This document shows positions 8,709 to 19,280 of a stretch of DNA of 63,993 nucleotides, in pieces. Position 1 is the stretch's first letter. Every line of letters starts with the position of its first letter. Position numbers and translations under genes: made by a program. The DNA is from a virus. Taxonomy: Duplodnaviria; Caudoviricetes. The notes beneath the pieces are model-generated. The model was not told the origin of the DNA. It made no database searches and worked only from the letters and a program-made list of their open reading frames with translations. The DNA lies in IMG/VR virus record IMGVR_UViG_3300008448_006341, positions 1-63,993 of that record. One strand, given 5' to 3'.

Positions 8709-9065
8709 ATGGACGCAATCATTTTTTTCTTCGTTGGGTTTCTTTGTGGTTGGTTCTGGCATGCTAGAACTATGCTTAAAAGGATCTTACAAAACCCTCA
8801 AGAGATGATTACTCTTTTGGAAAAGTACAAAGTTGAAAACGACAAAGTACAGACAACAGTCGGCGACAGCATCCGCCCTGTTAAAGTAGAGAAACATGGT
8901 GAACAGTTTTATCTCTATGCTGACGACAATGGCGAGTTTCTAGCACAGGGCAGTTCTATGGAAGAAGCCCTAGACATCATTGCCAAACGATTCCCAGATC
9001 AAAACTTCCGTGGCCTGATTCCAAAAGACCAAGCTGAGAAGATGGGTTTGAGCAAACAAAGTTAA
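8709..9065 (+). CDS. Membrane-anchored hypothetical protein
   Basis: N-terminal hydrophobic helix. Confidence 0.7.
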   Translation: MDAIIFFFVGFLCGWFWHARTMLKRILQNPQEMITLLEKYKVENDKVQTTVGDSIRPVKVEKHGEQFYLYADDNGEFLAQGSSMEEALDIIAKRFPDQNFRGLIPKDQAEKMGLSKQS

Positions 9066-9083
9066 ATTAGTCAACCGTTTTGC

Positions 9084-9112
9084 TTGACCTAGTTCTTGTA
9101 TTGTTTTATAAT
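9084..9112 (+). promoter_or_regulatory. Sigma70-type promoter
   Basis: TTGACC-N17-TATAAT, followed by GTTAGCA 9 nt downstream. Confidence 0.8.
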
Positions 9113-9160
9113 AATAGAACGTTAGCAATTAAAGCTAACACTAACAAGGAAACTAAAATT

Positions 9161-9436
9161 ATGATTAAGCATTTCAATCCAGAAACAAAGACATTCAAGT
9201 TGTTCAACGCCCTGTACAAGGGTGACGCTGTTACAGCTAGCCAAGCAGAAAAGCGTTTTGGCATCAAGAACATCTCAGCAGAAGTAAGCCGCATCCGTCA
9301 AAACGGTTATGCAGTTTACACTAACAGCCGTACCGCTGGTAACGGTGTTAAAGTTACCGAGTATGTTATTGGCAAGCCAAGCCGCAAGTTAGTTGCCGCT
9401 GGTTACAAAGCAATGGCACTCGGCCTTGTTGACTAA
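9161..9436 (+). CDS. Winged-helix DNA-binding protein
   Basis: AAGGA SD; VTASQAEKRFGIKNISAEVSRIRQNGYAV HTH-like; own promoter and terminator. Confidence 0.7.
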   Translation: MIKHFNPETKTFKLFNALYKGDAVTASQAEKRFGIKNISAEVSRIRQNGYAVYTNSRTAGNGVKVTEYVIGKPSRKLVAAGYKAMALGLVD

Positions 9437-9454
9437 TCTCAACTAGCTCTAGCC

Positions 9455-9477
9455 AAGCCCCGCAAGGGGCTTTTTTT
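9455..9477 (+). terminator. Intrinsic terminator
   Basis: AAGCCCC-GCAA-GGGGCTTTTTTT. Confidence 0.9.
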
Positions 9478-9482
9478 ATGAC

Positions 9483-9490
9483 TATAAATA
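9483..9490 (+). promoter_or_regulatory. T4-type late promoter
   Basis: TATAAATA directly after the terminator. Confidence 0.75.
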
Positions 9491-9506
9491 CCCAGTGAGG
9501 TAAGTT

Positions 9507-10328
9507 ATGAAAGTTCTTGTCACTGGCCCTAATGGCTTTATTGGTCGTAACATGATTAGTTGGTTACACCACAACGAATATCAAGTAGATGGTTGGGATT
9601 GGGATCCTAAAGATTTTCCCGATGTACGAGACTATGACTGGGTAATACATCTAGGCGCAATTGCCGATATGCGAGAAAACAGCATAGATAAAGTTCTTAC
9701 ACAAAATTTAGACTTTAGTCAACGACTATTTGAAGAATGTCAATATCACGGCGTGCATCTACAGTATGCTAGTTCTAGCTCTGTATACGGTAATACCAAA
9801 GACTTTTCAGAGTATGCAGAGTGCTACCCACAGACTGTATATGCGTGGAGCAAGTATCTGTTTGATCGCTGGGTGTTTAATCAAAAGCCTACTATAATGG
9901 TACAGGGCTTTCGTTACTTCAATGTCTACGGCAAATGGATGCACCTGCGTGGTAGTCGTGCTAATGCTATCTATAAATGGCGTCAGCAGGCTCGCAAGCA
10001 GGGCTACATAGAAGTATGGGAAGGTGCTGAAAACATCTTTAGAGACTGGACTTGGGTAGGTGATGTATGTCGCTTACACACAGACTTTATAGAGCAGGTA
10101 AAAGGCAGCGGAATATGGAATGTAGGCTCAGGTCTACCGCACTCATTTCTAGACATTGCTGAAACTATTGCTGAACAGGAAGGCGTAGAAATACAAAGAA
10201 TTCCTATTCCAGAAGAAGAAAAAACACGTATGCGAGTTAAAACCTGTGCAAATTTAGAAAAATTAAAGTCTACAATAGGAAAAAGACCCTGGCTAAATGT
10301 TTATGAATGGCTTGATCTAGAAAGCTAA
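9507..10328 (+). CDS. rfaD: NAD-dependent epimerase, ADP-L-glycero-D-manno-heptose 6-epimerase-like
   Basis: TGPNGFIG, YASSSSVYG, YAWSK (YxxxK), GFRYFNVYG. Confidence 0.75.
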   Translation: MKVLVTGPNGFIGRNMISWLHHNEYQVDGWDWDPKDFPDVRDYDWVIHLGAIADMRENSIDKVLTQNLDFSQRLFEECQYHGVHLQYASSSSVYGNTKDFSEYAECYPQTVYAWSKYLFDRWVFNQKPTIMVQGFRYFNVYGKWMHLRGSRANAIYKWRQQARKQGYIEVWEGAENIFRDWTWVGDVCRLHTDFIEQVKGSGIWNVGSGLPHSFLDIAETIAEQEGVEIQRIPIPEEEKTRMRVKTCANLEKLKSTIGKRPWLNVYEWLDLES

Positions 10329-10339
10329 TAAATATATAC

Positions 10340-10585
10340 ATGAAAGTCCACGAAATTATTTCAGAAGTAAAAGCCGGCAGAGATCTTTGTTTAAGCACTA
10401 AACCTAACAGTGAATTAGGTGCTAGCCAGTTGGCCAGCTGTAAATCACAGGGCCTACGTGCTAGAGAAGGCAACAAAAGCCATAAAATGGGTAAAAGTCC
10501 AAAGAGCCGTATGGTCATGGGCGGCCACAAAGTCAAAGGTAAAAAGTACGGTGGCAAGATCCCAGACTGGGGTACCCGTAAATGA
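10340..10585 (+). CDS. Small basic putative virion protein
   Basis: MKVHEIISE N-terminus; TAAATA upstream. Confidence 0.7.
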   Translation: MKVHEIISEVKAGRDLCLSTKPNSELGASQLASCKSQGLRAREGNKSHKMGKSPKSRMVMGGHKVKGKKYGGKIPDWGTRK

Positions 10586-12135
10586 GATTTAACGAATTTA
10601 AATTAACAGAAGCAAAGTCTAACGACTTCTACACAGTGGGCGACAGTCATGCTAAAGGTGTAGGCACAGCTTCACGTTTAAGTGCTGCAACTAATCTAGC
10701 TGTTGACGGAGCGGCTGCTCACGGCAGAGGTAGAGGCCGTGAAATGTTGGCAAACATTGTTAAAATCCCCAAAGGTGCTAACGTATTGATTTCTGTTGGG
10801 GCGAATGACACGGCTGATGTAGTAAAACAGAATGTAGACAGTCAAGGTAAAACAAGACTACCACCTGTAAGCAAGATTGTAGGTGATGTGATGAAAGTAG
10901 TTAACGCTGTTAAAGAGCAAAGCCCAAATAAAATTGTGTTTATGTTATTTCCCAACGGCGACAACAAGAAAACAAAATACTATGCTGGGGACTATCAAAA
11001 AGAAGTACGAGATGCACTTAAAAGTGCAGTAGGTGTTAAAGTCATTGACTACGACGGAAGTCCAATGCAGAACGATGGTATACATTATCAATTTGATGTT
11101 TATAAGAAAGCAGGCACAGATGCTAGAAAAGAATTTGGTGTTCCGGCTCCTGTAGGCAATCCAGATGCAAACCCAGCTGTAGTTCCAACCAAAGAAAAAC
11201 CTGGCGACACAGTATCGAATACAGGATCGAATACACAATCGAATACACAATCGAATACAGGATCGAATACAGCATCACAGGAAAATAAACCTAATCTTAA
11301 TGATCCTAGGGTCGCTGGAATGTTCAAAGGTAACGCTCCTAAAGACAATGATAAAGACATAACTGTTGATCTTTCTGTGGGCCCTGGAAAGAACTATTAC
11401 AATCCAAAAGGAATTAAACAAACATCGCCAAATACAGTCACACCTGGCAGTGATAGCGGATCTAATACAACGTCTCCGGTTGTAGTCGCTCCTGGTACTA
11501 ACACTAACAAAGACCCAGGGGCATCTAATACAAAACCACCTGTGGTGACAGCACCGCCGGCTAATCAAGATAAAAAAGACAATAACAGCGAAAGGATTGG
11601 AAATTTACCAACGATTTACCAACGCTCTGTGACATCAGGACAAATTGGTCAAGTGCTTGATCTACTTGCTTCATGTGAAAGTAATGGTTATTATAATATT
11701 GTATTCCGTAAAGGTAAAGTAAACAAACGTATCAACGGATTAGAAAACGCTACCATAGCAGCCGTTATGACATTCCAAGTAGAACTTAAGAAACAAAACG
11801 GTGCAAGGGGCAGCGATGCTGTAGGACGATATCAGTATGTCGGCGGCACCCTTAAAGAAATGGTTGAGATTATGGGGTTGAATAAAACAGTTACAAGATT
11901 TAGTCCAGAGACACAGGACTCTATTGCAACCGCTGACATGCGTCGACGCTGTGATCTAGACAAATGGCTTGCTGGCAGTATATCTCATATAGATTTCCTA
12001 GAAAAATTATCTAGAGTTTGGGCAGGTTTGCCATGTCCTAGTAACGGTGGAAAAAGTTATCACCGATACGATACAGCACAGACTACTTTAGCCATAGCAT
12101 TAGATGCACTTAAAAAAATACGTGAAAGAAAATGA
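10582..12135 (+). CDS. SGNH esterase - linker - lambda-R/GH104-like lytic enzyme fusion
   Basis: GDSHA, VGAND, DGIH; C-terminal CES...Y, AVGRYQ, FSPETQD, WAGLP. Confidence 0.75.
   Translation: MRFNEFKLTEAKSNDFYTVGDSHAKGVGTASRLSAATNLAVDGAAAHGRGRGREMLANIVKIPKGANVLISVGANDTADVVKQNVDSQGKTRLPPVSKIVGDVMKVVNAVKEQSPNKIVFMLFPNGDNKKTKYYAGDYQKEVRDALKSAVGVKVIDYDGSPMQNDGIHYQFDVYKKAGTDARKEFGVPAPVGNPDANPAVVPTKEKPGDTVSNTGSNTQSNTQSNTGSNTASQENKPNLNDPRVAGMFKGNAPKDNDKDITVDLSVGPGKNYYNPKGIKQTSPNTVTPGSDSGSNTTSPVVVAPGTNTNKDPGASNTKPPVVTAPPANQDKKDNNSERIGNLPTIYQRSVTSGQIGQVLDLLASCESNGYYNIVFRKGKVNKRINGLENATIAAVMTFQVELKKQNGARGSDAVGRYQYVGGTLKEMVEIMGLNKTVTRFSPETQDSIATADMRRRCDLDKWLAGSISHIDFLEKLSRVWAGLPCPSNGGKSYHRYDTAQTTLAIALDALKKIRERK
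11215..11274 (+). repeat. Five 12-nt tandem coding repeats (SNT[GQA])
   Basis: TCGAATACA-(GGA/CAA/CAA/GGA/GCA). Confidence 0.95.
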
Positions 12136-12680
12136 ATCTCATAGGAAAATTATTAATAGCCCCTCCTACTGTCAAAGGAAACTTTTGGCAAAAATCTGTA
12201 GTATACGTTACTGAACACCATGCAAGAGCCAGTGTTGGACTGGTAATCAATAGACGCAGTCAAGTTTCAATTAAAGAGTTTTCAAAACAGGCTAATGTAC
12301 ATTTAGACATGACTGGCTATATGTACATCGGCGGACCTGTTAACACCAAAGCAATGACCATGCTACACACTTCAGAATGGAGTTGCGATAACACTATGCA
12401 GATCAATGATGAATTCAGTCTGAGTTCTTCTGTGGATATCTTTAATCAATTGGCCATGGGCAACATTCCTAAAAAATGGAGATTGTTTGTTGGCCTCTGT
12501 GGTTGGAATCCAAATCAATTAGAAAATGAAGTACGTGGAACACACGGCTATGAGCACAACAACAGTTGGCTGCTCTGTGCCGCAGACCCTAGTCTAGTAT
12601 TTGGCTATGAACAGCAACAACAATGGTCAGAGTCAGTTGAGCGCAGTGGTCAGGAATTTGTTCAAAATATACTTGCATAA
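12132..12680 (+). CDS. YqgE/AlgH (UPF0301) family protein
   Basis: LLIAPP, SVVYVTEH, GLVINR, IGGPV, GLCGWNPNQLENE, SWL. Confidence 0.88.
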   Translation: MNLIGKLLIAPPTVKGNFWQKSVVYVTEHHARASVGLVINRRSQVSIKEFSKQANVHLDMTGYMYIGGPVNTKAMTMLHTSEWSCDNTMQINDEFSLSSSVDIFNQLAMGNIPKKWRLFVGLCGWNPNQLENEVRGTHGYEHNNSWLLCAADPSLVFGYEQQQQWSESVERSGQEFVQNILA

Positions 12681-12736
12681 TAAGTGTTTTGAATATATAA
12701 TAGCATATCTCAACTTAAATAATATGGATATCCAAA

Positions 12737-13252
12737 ATGAGCGACACATTGCTACTCAACGCCGACGGCGCACCAGTAAGCTTCTTGCCGCTATCAGTCA
12801 TTGATTGGCAGGAAGCAATTAAGTATATGGTTTTAGAAAAAGCCAGTGTAATCGCTTTCCATCAAGATTGGGTAGTCCATTCAGCTCGCTGGGAAACACA
12901 GGTCCCAAGTATTCTTATTCTCAAAGAATACATGAAGCCAAAGTCCACAGTTCGTTTCTCAAAAAGCAATGTTTTCCTACGTGACAGCTATGTCTGCCAA
13001 TACTGTGAAAAGAGTCTAACTAAAAAAGACTGTACTCTAGATCATGTGTTGCCGGTAAGCCACGGTGGCAAAACTACGTTTGAAAATACTGTTACAGCCT
13101 GCGGTACATGCAATGCTACCAAAGGCAACAACAAGAAGATCCGTCCTAAAATCAAGCCCTATAAGCCTGATTACTACGAACTGGTTAACAAGCGTAAGCG
13201 TATACCGTTTAATGTAAGAGATCCTGAATGGTTGGAGTATATTCAAATATGA
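12737..13252 (+). CDS. HNH endonuclease
   Basis: LLLNAD, RDSYVCQYC, TLDHVLPVSHGG, ACGTCNATKG. Confidence 0.92.
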   Translation: MSDTLLLNADGAPVSFLPLSVIDWQEAIKYMVLEKASVIAFHQDWVVHSARWETQVPSILILKEYMKPKSTVRFSKSNVFLRDSYVCQYCEKSLTKKDCTLDHVLPVSHGGKTTFENTVTACGTCNATKGNNKKIRPKIKPYKPDYYELVNKRKRIPFNVRDPEWLEYIQI

Positions 13253-13668
13253 AAAAGTTCTTATGGAAAATCCTAGGCTTCTTAAGCCTAGGTATGGCCT
13301 ATATAGGGGTTGTCACACCCGGCATCCCCTACAGTCCATTTGTTGTGTTTGCAGCCTATTGCTTTGCCAAAGGTTCACCAAAGATGCATGCCTGGTTGTA
13401 CAATCACAAACTGTTTGGCCCTTTCCTAACCAACTGGGGTGAGAAGCGAGTTTTCCCACAGAAGATGAAATACTTCATGCTAGCCATGATGTCATTGAGT
13501 CTAGTGCTGATGTACACTGGCGGAGTTAAACCTATAGGCATTATCAGTACTGCTGTGTTTATGGCATTAGTTGCTGTGTGGGCTTGGCGCTATCCTAGTT
13601 CAGTAGAAGAGCATGATCGTCGCATTGCCGAAGGCCGCAAAGTAGGTTGGTTTAACAATAGCTTCTAA
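13249..13668 (+). CDS. YbaN/DUF454 inner membrane protein
   Basis: GVVTPGIPYSPF, CFAKGSPKMHAWL, FGPFLTNW. Confidence 0.85.
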   Translation: MKKFLWKILGFLSLGMAYIGVVTPGIPYSPFVVFAAYCFAKGSPKMHAWLYNHKLFGPFLTNWGEKRVFPQKMKYFMLAMMSLSLVLMYTGGVKPIGIISTAVFMALVAVWAWRYPSSVEEHDRRIAEGRKVGWFNNSF

Positions 13669-13699
13669 ACTAAATAGTAGTACTTAATTGGAGTACTAG

Positions 13700-14134
13700 A
13701 TGAAGAAATTTTTATTATTATTGCTGGCTGTGCCGTTGCTGGCCTTTGCACAAAAAACACCACAGGGGGTAACCTATGACGCACAGATCGTTCGCATCAA
13801 TGATGGCGATACTGTAGTTATAGCCGCACCGTTTTTACCTGCTCCGCTCAAGCCAGAGTTGGCTGTTAGAGTCTTCGGAGTGGACACTCCAGAAAAAGGT
13901 TTTAGAGCTCAATGTCCAAGCGAAGATCAGCGAGGACAAATGGCCACAGCCTTTACCAAACAAGCTATCGCTTCGAGTCAAAAGCGTCAAGTCATCCTAT
14001 ACGGCTGGGACAAGTTCGGTGGTCGTGTTCTTGGTGATATTATTTTAGACGGAAAGAGTCTACGATCTGCACTGATTGCCAACGGGTTCGCTCGTGAGTA
14101 CTTTGGTGAAGCTAAACAAAGCTGGTGTAATTAA
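13700..14134 (+). CDS. Thermonuclease (SNase) family, exported
   Basis: Signal peptide; [19 protein letters not shown]. Confidence 0.9.
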   Translation: MKKFLLLLLAVPLLAFAQKTPQGVTYDAQIVRINDGDTVVIAAPFLPAPLKPELAVRVFGVDTPEKGFRAQCPSEDQRGQMATAFTKQAIASSQKRQVILYGWDKFGGRVLGDIILDGKSLRSALIANGFAREYFGEAKQSWCN

Positions 14135-15324
14135 ACCCCAATTGCTTTTAAAGCATTAACTAAATCTTCAATCATACCATCATCATGTAACGGAGTAGGT
14201 GCAAAGCGTAACCGCTCCGTTCCCACATCTACTGTAGGATAGTTGATTGGCTGAACATAGATATTATGTTCGTTGAGTAATGCATCGCTCATTGCCTTAC
14301 ACTTCTTTGCATCGCCTATCAGCACAGGAACTATGTGTGTAGTAGAGCAATCCATAAATGGTAAACTGTTTTTAATTAAACTGTCTTTTAGTTTCTGAGC
14401 CTGTTGCTGATGCCGTTCACGCAGTTCTGGATGTGCTTTAAGGTACTTAACCGCAGCCATAGCACCTGCACAGGTAACAGGACTCATACTTGTCGTAAAG
14501 ATAAAGCCAGCAGCAATACTACGAACAGCATCAATGATTACACTATCGGCAGCAATATAACCACCTTGGACTCCAAACGCTTTGCCTAGAGTGCCGTTGA
14601 CTATGTCCACTCTATCTTGTAAGCCTAGTTCTTCTACCTTACCACCGCCATGAGCTCCGTAGAGTCCTACTGCGTGTACTTCATCAATGTATGTTATAGC
14701 ACCGTACTTGTCTGCTAGATCGCATATTTCTTTAATTAATCCTACATCACCGTCCATACTGTATACACTTTCAAATACAATACAAGGTGTCTCTCCTGCA
14801 CTTCTCACAGAAGACAGTATAGTTTCTAGATTAGCTAAATCGTTGTGTTTAAAGACAGTTTTTGCTGCTCGGCTATGACCAATGCCTATGATCAAACTGT
14901 TGTGATTGTTGCTGTCGCTGACAAAATGTATATTAGGAATGATCTTTGATAGAGCAATCAGTGTCCATTCGTTGGCCACATACGCTGAACTAAACAGCAG
15001 AGCTTTTTCTTTCTTGTGCAGAGTTGCTAGTTCATACTCTAGGGCTACGTGGTAGTGGCTAGTACCACCAATGTTGCGTGTACCACCAGACCCTGTGCCT
15101 GTATGGTCAAGTGCGGTGTGCATGGCATCAATTACCACTTTGTGCTGTCCCATACCTAGATAGTCGTTACTGCACCAGTTAACAATGTTTTTAATAGCAT
15201 AAGGACCGTACCAAATTGCATTAGGAAACTTGCCGTTTTCTCGCACAATATCATTAAAAACGCGGTACTTGCCGTTAGATTTGAATTCTTTTATTAGATC
15301 TTCGAATGGCTGTTTGTTTATCAT
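14131..15324 (-). CDS. hemA: 5-aminolevulinate synthase
   Basis: [35 protein letters not shown] (PLP lysine), INYPTV. Confidence 0.95.
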   Translation of the reverse strand: MINKQPFEDLIKEFKSNGKYRVFNDIVRENGKFPNAIWYGPYAIKNIVNWCSNDYLGMGQHKVVIDAMHTALDHTGTGSGGTRNIGGTSHYHVALEYELATLHKKEKALLFSSAYVANEWTLIALSKIIPNIHFVSDSNNHNSLIIGIGHSRAAKTVFKHNDLANLETILSSVRSAGETPCIVFESVYSMDGDVGLIKEICDLADKYGAITYIDEVHAVGLYGAHGGGKVEELGLQDRVDIVNGTLGKAFGVQGGYIAADSVIIDAVRSIAAGFIFTTSMSPVTCAGAMAAVKYLKAHPELRERHQQQAQKLKDSLIKNSLPFMDCSTTHIVPVLIGDAKKCKAMSDALLNEHNIYVQPINYPTVDVGTERLRFAPTPLHDDGMIEDLVNALKAIGV

Positions 15325-15367
15325 AGTAGCTTACTTATCACTAAATATAGAATACGGGAACCAAAAC

Positions 15368-15922
15368 ATGAGAGCAGCAGAGTTTATTATCAAAGAAGCA
15401 GAAGCCAGCGATGCTGAATTAAAGCAACGCTACGGCGATTTTGACCCTGAAGACAAGCCCATGCTGCCAACTACAAAATTAGGCGGTGCACCAGCTCCTA
15501 CCCTATGGACAGCCTATGCAGCCATCGAAAATATACTGGGTCGTCGAAGAGTCACAGACGATGAAGATAGTATAGAACCAGGGATGTATTACGTGTATCA
15601 AAGTGATGGACCTCCAATGTTTAGAGATACTAACGATTCAGGCCCTGGCGGCAGTATTAATATTCCTAATCTTGAGAGCAAAGCAGCAAGAGATGTGGCC
15701 ATGGCGGTACACGAAGCATGCCATGCCTATGTACACGACAAGATCAAAGGCAAGGGTGCTATGTACTCTAACGAAAAGATCATTAATAACCTAGCAGAAA
15801 AATGGCTACGTAATCATTTAACTGGTACAGCATTGCATGTAGCACTGGAAACAATCACAGGCAGTAGAATAAGCTACGGCGCAGACTATCTACCTAAAAC
15901 TAGAAAAACGGATGACATATGA
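15368..15922 (+). CDS. Putative virion protein with HExxH motif
   Basis: MRAAEFIIKE; VHEACH. Confidence 0.65.
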   Translation: MRAAEFIIKEAEASDAELKQRYGDFDPEDKPMLPTTKLGGAPAPTLWTAYAAIENILGRRRVTDDEDSIEPGMYYVYQSDGPPMFRDTNDSGPGGSINIPNLESKAARDVAMAVHEACHAYVHDKIKGKGAMYSNEKIINNLAEKWLRNHLTGTALHVALETITGSRISYGADYLPKTRKTDDI

Positions 15923-16218
15923 GAGCAGCAGAAATATTAAGAAAATTAGCAGACATTATAGATCAAGTAGATCAGCCTGACAGCACAGACGGACAAATGA
16001 GCCCGTTGACCAAAGGCGACGACATCAACAGATTTAGACAAATTGCAGGACTTGAACCCAGAGACGAGTCTGCTGAGTTTGCCAACGAGCCCAACGAAGA
16101 ATATGCAGGCATTGAAGCTGTTACCACAGATGCTGGCGGTGGCGTCAACGGGCCCAAACATCCACATGATCTGCGTGTAAAAGATCCTAGTGCTTATCCT
16201 AATCAACAGGAGTATTGA
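15919..16218 (+). CDS. Acidic putative virion protein
   Basis: MRAAEILRK; RFRQIAGL. Confidence 0.7.
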   Translation: MRAAEILRKLADIIDQVDQPDSTDGQMSPLTKGDDINRFRQIAGLEPRDESAEFANEPNEEYAGIEAVTTDAGGGVNGPKHPHDLRVKDPSAYPNQQEY

Positions 16219-16219
16219 T

Positions 16220-16480
16220 ATGTCAGCAAATGGAATTGCACACCTAACCACAAGACAAGACAGACAAGATGCTAAACTGGCCATTGCTGAAGCAAAGCGA
16301 CAGGGCAAGGTAGTAGCAGAGGACGGAACTATAACTGGATCAGTAGACCCTACTGTACCTTGGTACAGAGCTAACAATGTGTTAGATAAAAACTTGCTGC
16401 CAAATCCTTACAATGCCAATGATGTTGCACCTGATGATGGTGCTTCAACACTAACTACTGGACGTCCTTGGACAACTTAA
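16220..16480 (+). CDS. Hypothetical (structural?) protein
   Basis: AGGAG SD; ends GRPWTT. Confidence 0.7.
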   Translation: MSANGIAHLTTRQDRQDAKLAIAEAKRQGKVVAEDGTITGSVDPTVPWYRANNVLDKNLLPNPYNANDVAPDDGASTLTTGRPWTT

Positions 16481-16483
16481 TTT

Positions 16484-17833
16484 ATGGCTTCAATACCTCA
16501 GAGTAACTACGAACACGATAGTAAGAACTACCACCTAAACGATATACACCAAGCAATGGAGTACAATGCTCTAGGGCAACCTGTGCTTCGTGCCAATGTT
16601 AACCTAGTAGGCTCAGGCGAAGGTTCCGGAGTTAGTTCCAGCATAGACAGCAAAGGTCGTCTCAAAGTACAGACACAGCAAACTATATTCTTCAACACAT
16701 TCCAGTATGGTAAAGAAACTGATGTCTGGGATGAGAGCGCAGTCAACGGCGCTTCCGCAGTGTTTGACACTTCATTTAGTCAAATACGTATGCAAGTGAC
16801 AAATCAAACAGGATCTACGGTTATACGACAAACTCGTAACGTTCAGCGTTATACTCCGGGCCGCACACAGACTATAGCATTCGCTGTTAGATTACAAACA
16901 CCAGCAACTGGCATTCGTCGTAGGTTTGGTATGTTTGACGGCAATGACGGATTTTTCTTTGAGGATTGTGGAACTGTTGATCCTGACACAGGTGAGCCAC
17001 AGTATGCCTGTGTGATTATCAACAGTGACGGCGCCACTCCCACAGTGGAAAGAATATATCGCAAAGACTGGAACGGCGATAAACTTGATGGTAACGGTCC
17101 AAGTGGTTTTACAGCAAACCCTCAAGCACAGCAGTTAGTCATGATGGATTACGAATGGTATGGTGCTGGACAAGTATCGTTTATGTTTGTGATCAACGGC
17201 TTGCCCAGAGTTATACACACCTTTAACCACGGTAATAGACTACAGAGTCCTTGGGCGAAAACTCCATTCTTGCCCATCAGGCTGGAGATAGAAAATCTCA
17301 CTGGAGCCGCGGGCACACACTATCTATGGCAAGGATCCAACAGTATTCTAGCAGAAGGTAGTGTTGAAAAACTAGGCATCGCTGAAAGCATACTAACACC
17401 GTTGACTGGCGTCAACATGCCCAGTTCCAACACATTCTATCCCATAGTCAGTATTAGAATAAAAAACACAGCATTGACGGGCATTGTCTTACCTACTTAC
17501 TTCCAAGCAAGCACCCTGGACAACACTGACATTTACTACAAACTTATACGCAACGCTACAGTGAATGGCACGTGGGTGGATCATCCAGATCCCAATGCCT
17601 TCACACAGTACAACTATACTTCAACAGGTGCTATCACAGACGGTGTTGAACTGTCAGCAGGTATGATTACTTCGGGCGCAGGTGCCGGACAGATTAGAGT
17701 GGACACTGACACAGTTTATCAACTTGGGCGAAGTAGTTTAGGCACAGTCAGCGACACCTTGACCCTAGCCATCGCTGCCAAGAATGCCAACAAGAATGCT
17801 GTGGCCACACTGACTTGGATCGAACAGAGATGA
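16484..17833 (+). CDS. Beta-rich putative structural protein
   Basis: 449-aa Thr/Gly-rich ORF; DYEWYGAG, LPIRLEI. Confidence 0.7.
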   Translation: MASIPQSNYEHDSKNYHLNDIHQAMEYNALGQPVLRANVNLVGSGEGSGVSSSIDSKGRLKVQTQQTIFFNTFQYGKETDVWDESAVNGASAVFDTSFSQIRMQVTNQTGSTVIRQTRNVQRYTPGRTQTIAFAVRLQTPATGIRRRFGMFDGNDGFFFEDCGTVDPDTGEPQYACVIINSDGATPTVERIYRKDWNGDKLDGNGPSGFTANPQAQQLVMMDYEWYGAGQVSFMFVINGLPRVIHTFNHGNRLQSPWAKTPFLPIRLEIENLTGAAGTHYLWQGSNSILAEGSVEKLGIAESILTPLTGVNMPSSNTFYPIVSIRIKNTALTGIVLPTYFQASTLDNTDIYYKLIRNATVNGTWVDHPDPNAFTQYNYTSTGAITDGVELSAGMITSGAGAGQIRVDTDTVYQLGRSSLGTVSDTLTLAIAAKNANKNAVATLTWIEQR

Positions 17834-18258
17834 CCTACAGAAAGTATATCCGCATAGTAGAAGCAGCCAACAAGGGCTGTCCCATTGCTACCTACGACAT
17901 AGACGTCAACCTAAAGAATCGTCAGAAGGCCATTGATGCATATCACTACGGTCCTGCTAATCCTGAGGAGCCAGAATCATATTGGAAGGATGCTGCTGAT
18001 CGTTGGGATATTACAGAGAAAACTGCTCGTACTATGAAGTGCGGTAACTGTGCGGCATTTGATGTCAGTGACAAAATGTGGGCATGTATAGAAGCGGGTA
18101 TCAAAGGCGATGAAAAAGACGCAGATGCTATGGCTTCAATACACAAGGCTGATTTAGGTTATTGTAACTTCCTGCATTTTAAATGTGCAGGCACACGTAG
18201 TTGTACAGCCTGGGTCACAGGCGGCAGCATAGACAACAAAGACAGAACACACAAGTAA
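17830..18258 (+). CDS. Cys-rich hypothetical protein
   Basis: CGNC ... GYCNFLHFKCAGTRSCTAW. Confidence 0.7.
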   Translation: MTYRKYIRIVEAANKGCPIATYDIDVNLKNRQKAIDAYHYGPANPEEPESYWKDAADRWDITEKTARTMKCGNCAAFDVSDKMWACIEAGIKGDEKDADAMASIHKADLGYCNFLHFKCAGTRSCTAWVTGGSIDNKDRTHK

Positions 18259-18275
18259 ATTCAAATTAATATCAA

Positions 18276-18896
18276 ATGTTTAAAAGACATGATTTGCATT
18301 TAGTATCAAACCCAACATGCTCTAGGGCAATTAAAGATCTTGTTGCTAGAGATTTTCAATTCTATGACAAAGACGGATTTGAACTTAACATAGCAGAACG
18401 CAAATTCTATTCTGCAATGGGACATCCTATCGAGCATGAAATTTTAAATCACTGCTGTTGGCAAGAGCCCTGGTTTGAATTAACAGATTCCGAATCTTCT
18501 TTGATTTTAGATCATTCAATGTTTCTCTGTAGATGTAACTACTCAGGTGAAGCGTTGGATCAATTGCTGGAATTAAAAACTACCGTTCCATTGGCCGCAT
18601 ATCTAGTTCAAACAAAGATTAAGTGGGGATTTGATTTTGCGTTAGATGCAAACATCGATGGTAACCTCTTTGAAGTGCTACACATAGAATACGATGATCA
18701 AGACTACGAAACATTCAAAAATAGAATGCTTACCTTTGACTTTACTGTTCGCCACACTGACTGGATTGATGCTGCTAGAAAAATATGGCAGCATAGACAT
18801 GAGTGGGAACATCTAAAAGGATTTGATCAAAACAACTGGAAATCTAAATTTCTCATAGGTTGGAACAAATCTGAGTACACAGAAAAAAGTGTATGA
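18276..18896 (+). CDS. Hypothetical phage protein
   Basis: 206-aa ORF followed by a terminator. Confidence 0.7.
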   Translation: MFKRHDLHLVSNPTCSRAIKDLVARDFQFYDKDGFELNIAERKFYSAMGHPIEHEILNHCCWQEPWFELTDSESSLILDHSMFLCRCNYSGEALDQLLELKTTVPLAAYLVQTKIKWGFDFALDANIDGNLFEVLHIEYDDQDYETFKNRMLTFDFTVRHTDWIDAARKIWQHRHEWEHLKGFDQNNWKSKFLIGWNKSEYTEKSV

Positions 18897-18897
18897 T

Positions 18898-18925
18898 AAA
18901 AAAAGGCCCGGAAAGGGCCTTTTTT
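18898..18925. terminator. Bidirectional terminator between convergent genes
   Basis: A7-GGCCC-GGAAA-GGGCC-T6. Confidence 0.88.
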
Positions 18926-18979
18926 GTTAATATAACAAATTGCTCTATGAGCGTAATATAATTTACTGTAATGTAATAT

Positions 18980-19246
18980 TTATTTCTTTACGCTGCTATT
19001 GACAAATGAGTACATTTTCTCAGCAGTCTCAAGAACCTTTTCAAGTCCTGGATGCTCTGGCATGCCAACTGTGGTAACAATCTGTCCAGTCTTTTCATCG
19101 CGTTGTGCAGTCATTTCCCAACCTTGGAACTTAACGTGAAAATCATCACTGATAAGATCTTTGGCCATCTTTAGGATGTCTGTACGGATTTCATAGCCGT
19201 TCTTGTTAAATTTAACTTCTGGTAATTTTGGTGTAAAATCTGACAT
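18980..19246 (-). CDS. Hypothetical protein
   Basis: AAGGAG SD; KNGYEIRTDILKMAKD. Confidence 0.8.
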   Translation of the reverse strand: MSDFTPKLPEVKFNKNGYEIRTDILKMAKDLISDDFHVKFQGWEMTAQRDEKTGQIVTTVGMPEHPGLEKVLETAEKMYSFVNSSVKK

Positions 19247-19280
19247 ATTATTCTCCTTATGTGTGTATGTCTATGAGCCT

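Noticed and set aside
11215-11274. CRISPR-like array
   Set aside because: 12-nt in-frame tandem repeats with no spacers inside a linker; no CRISPR array or cas operon seen in the window.
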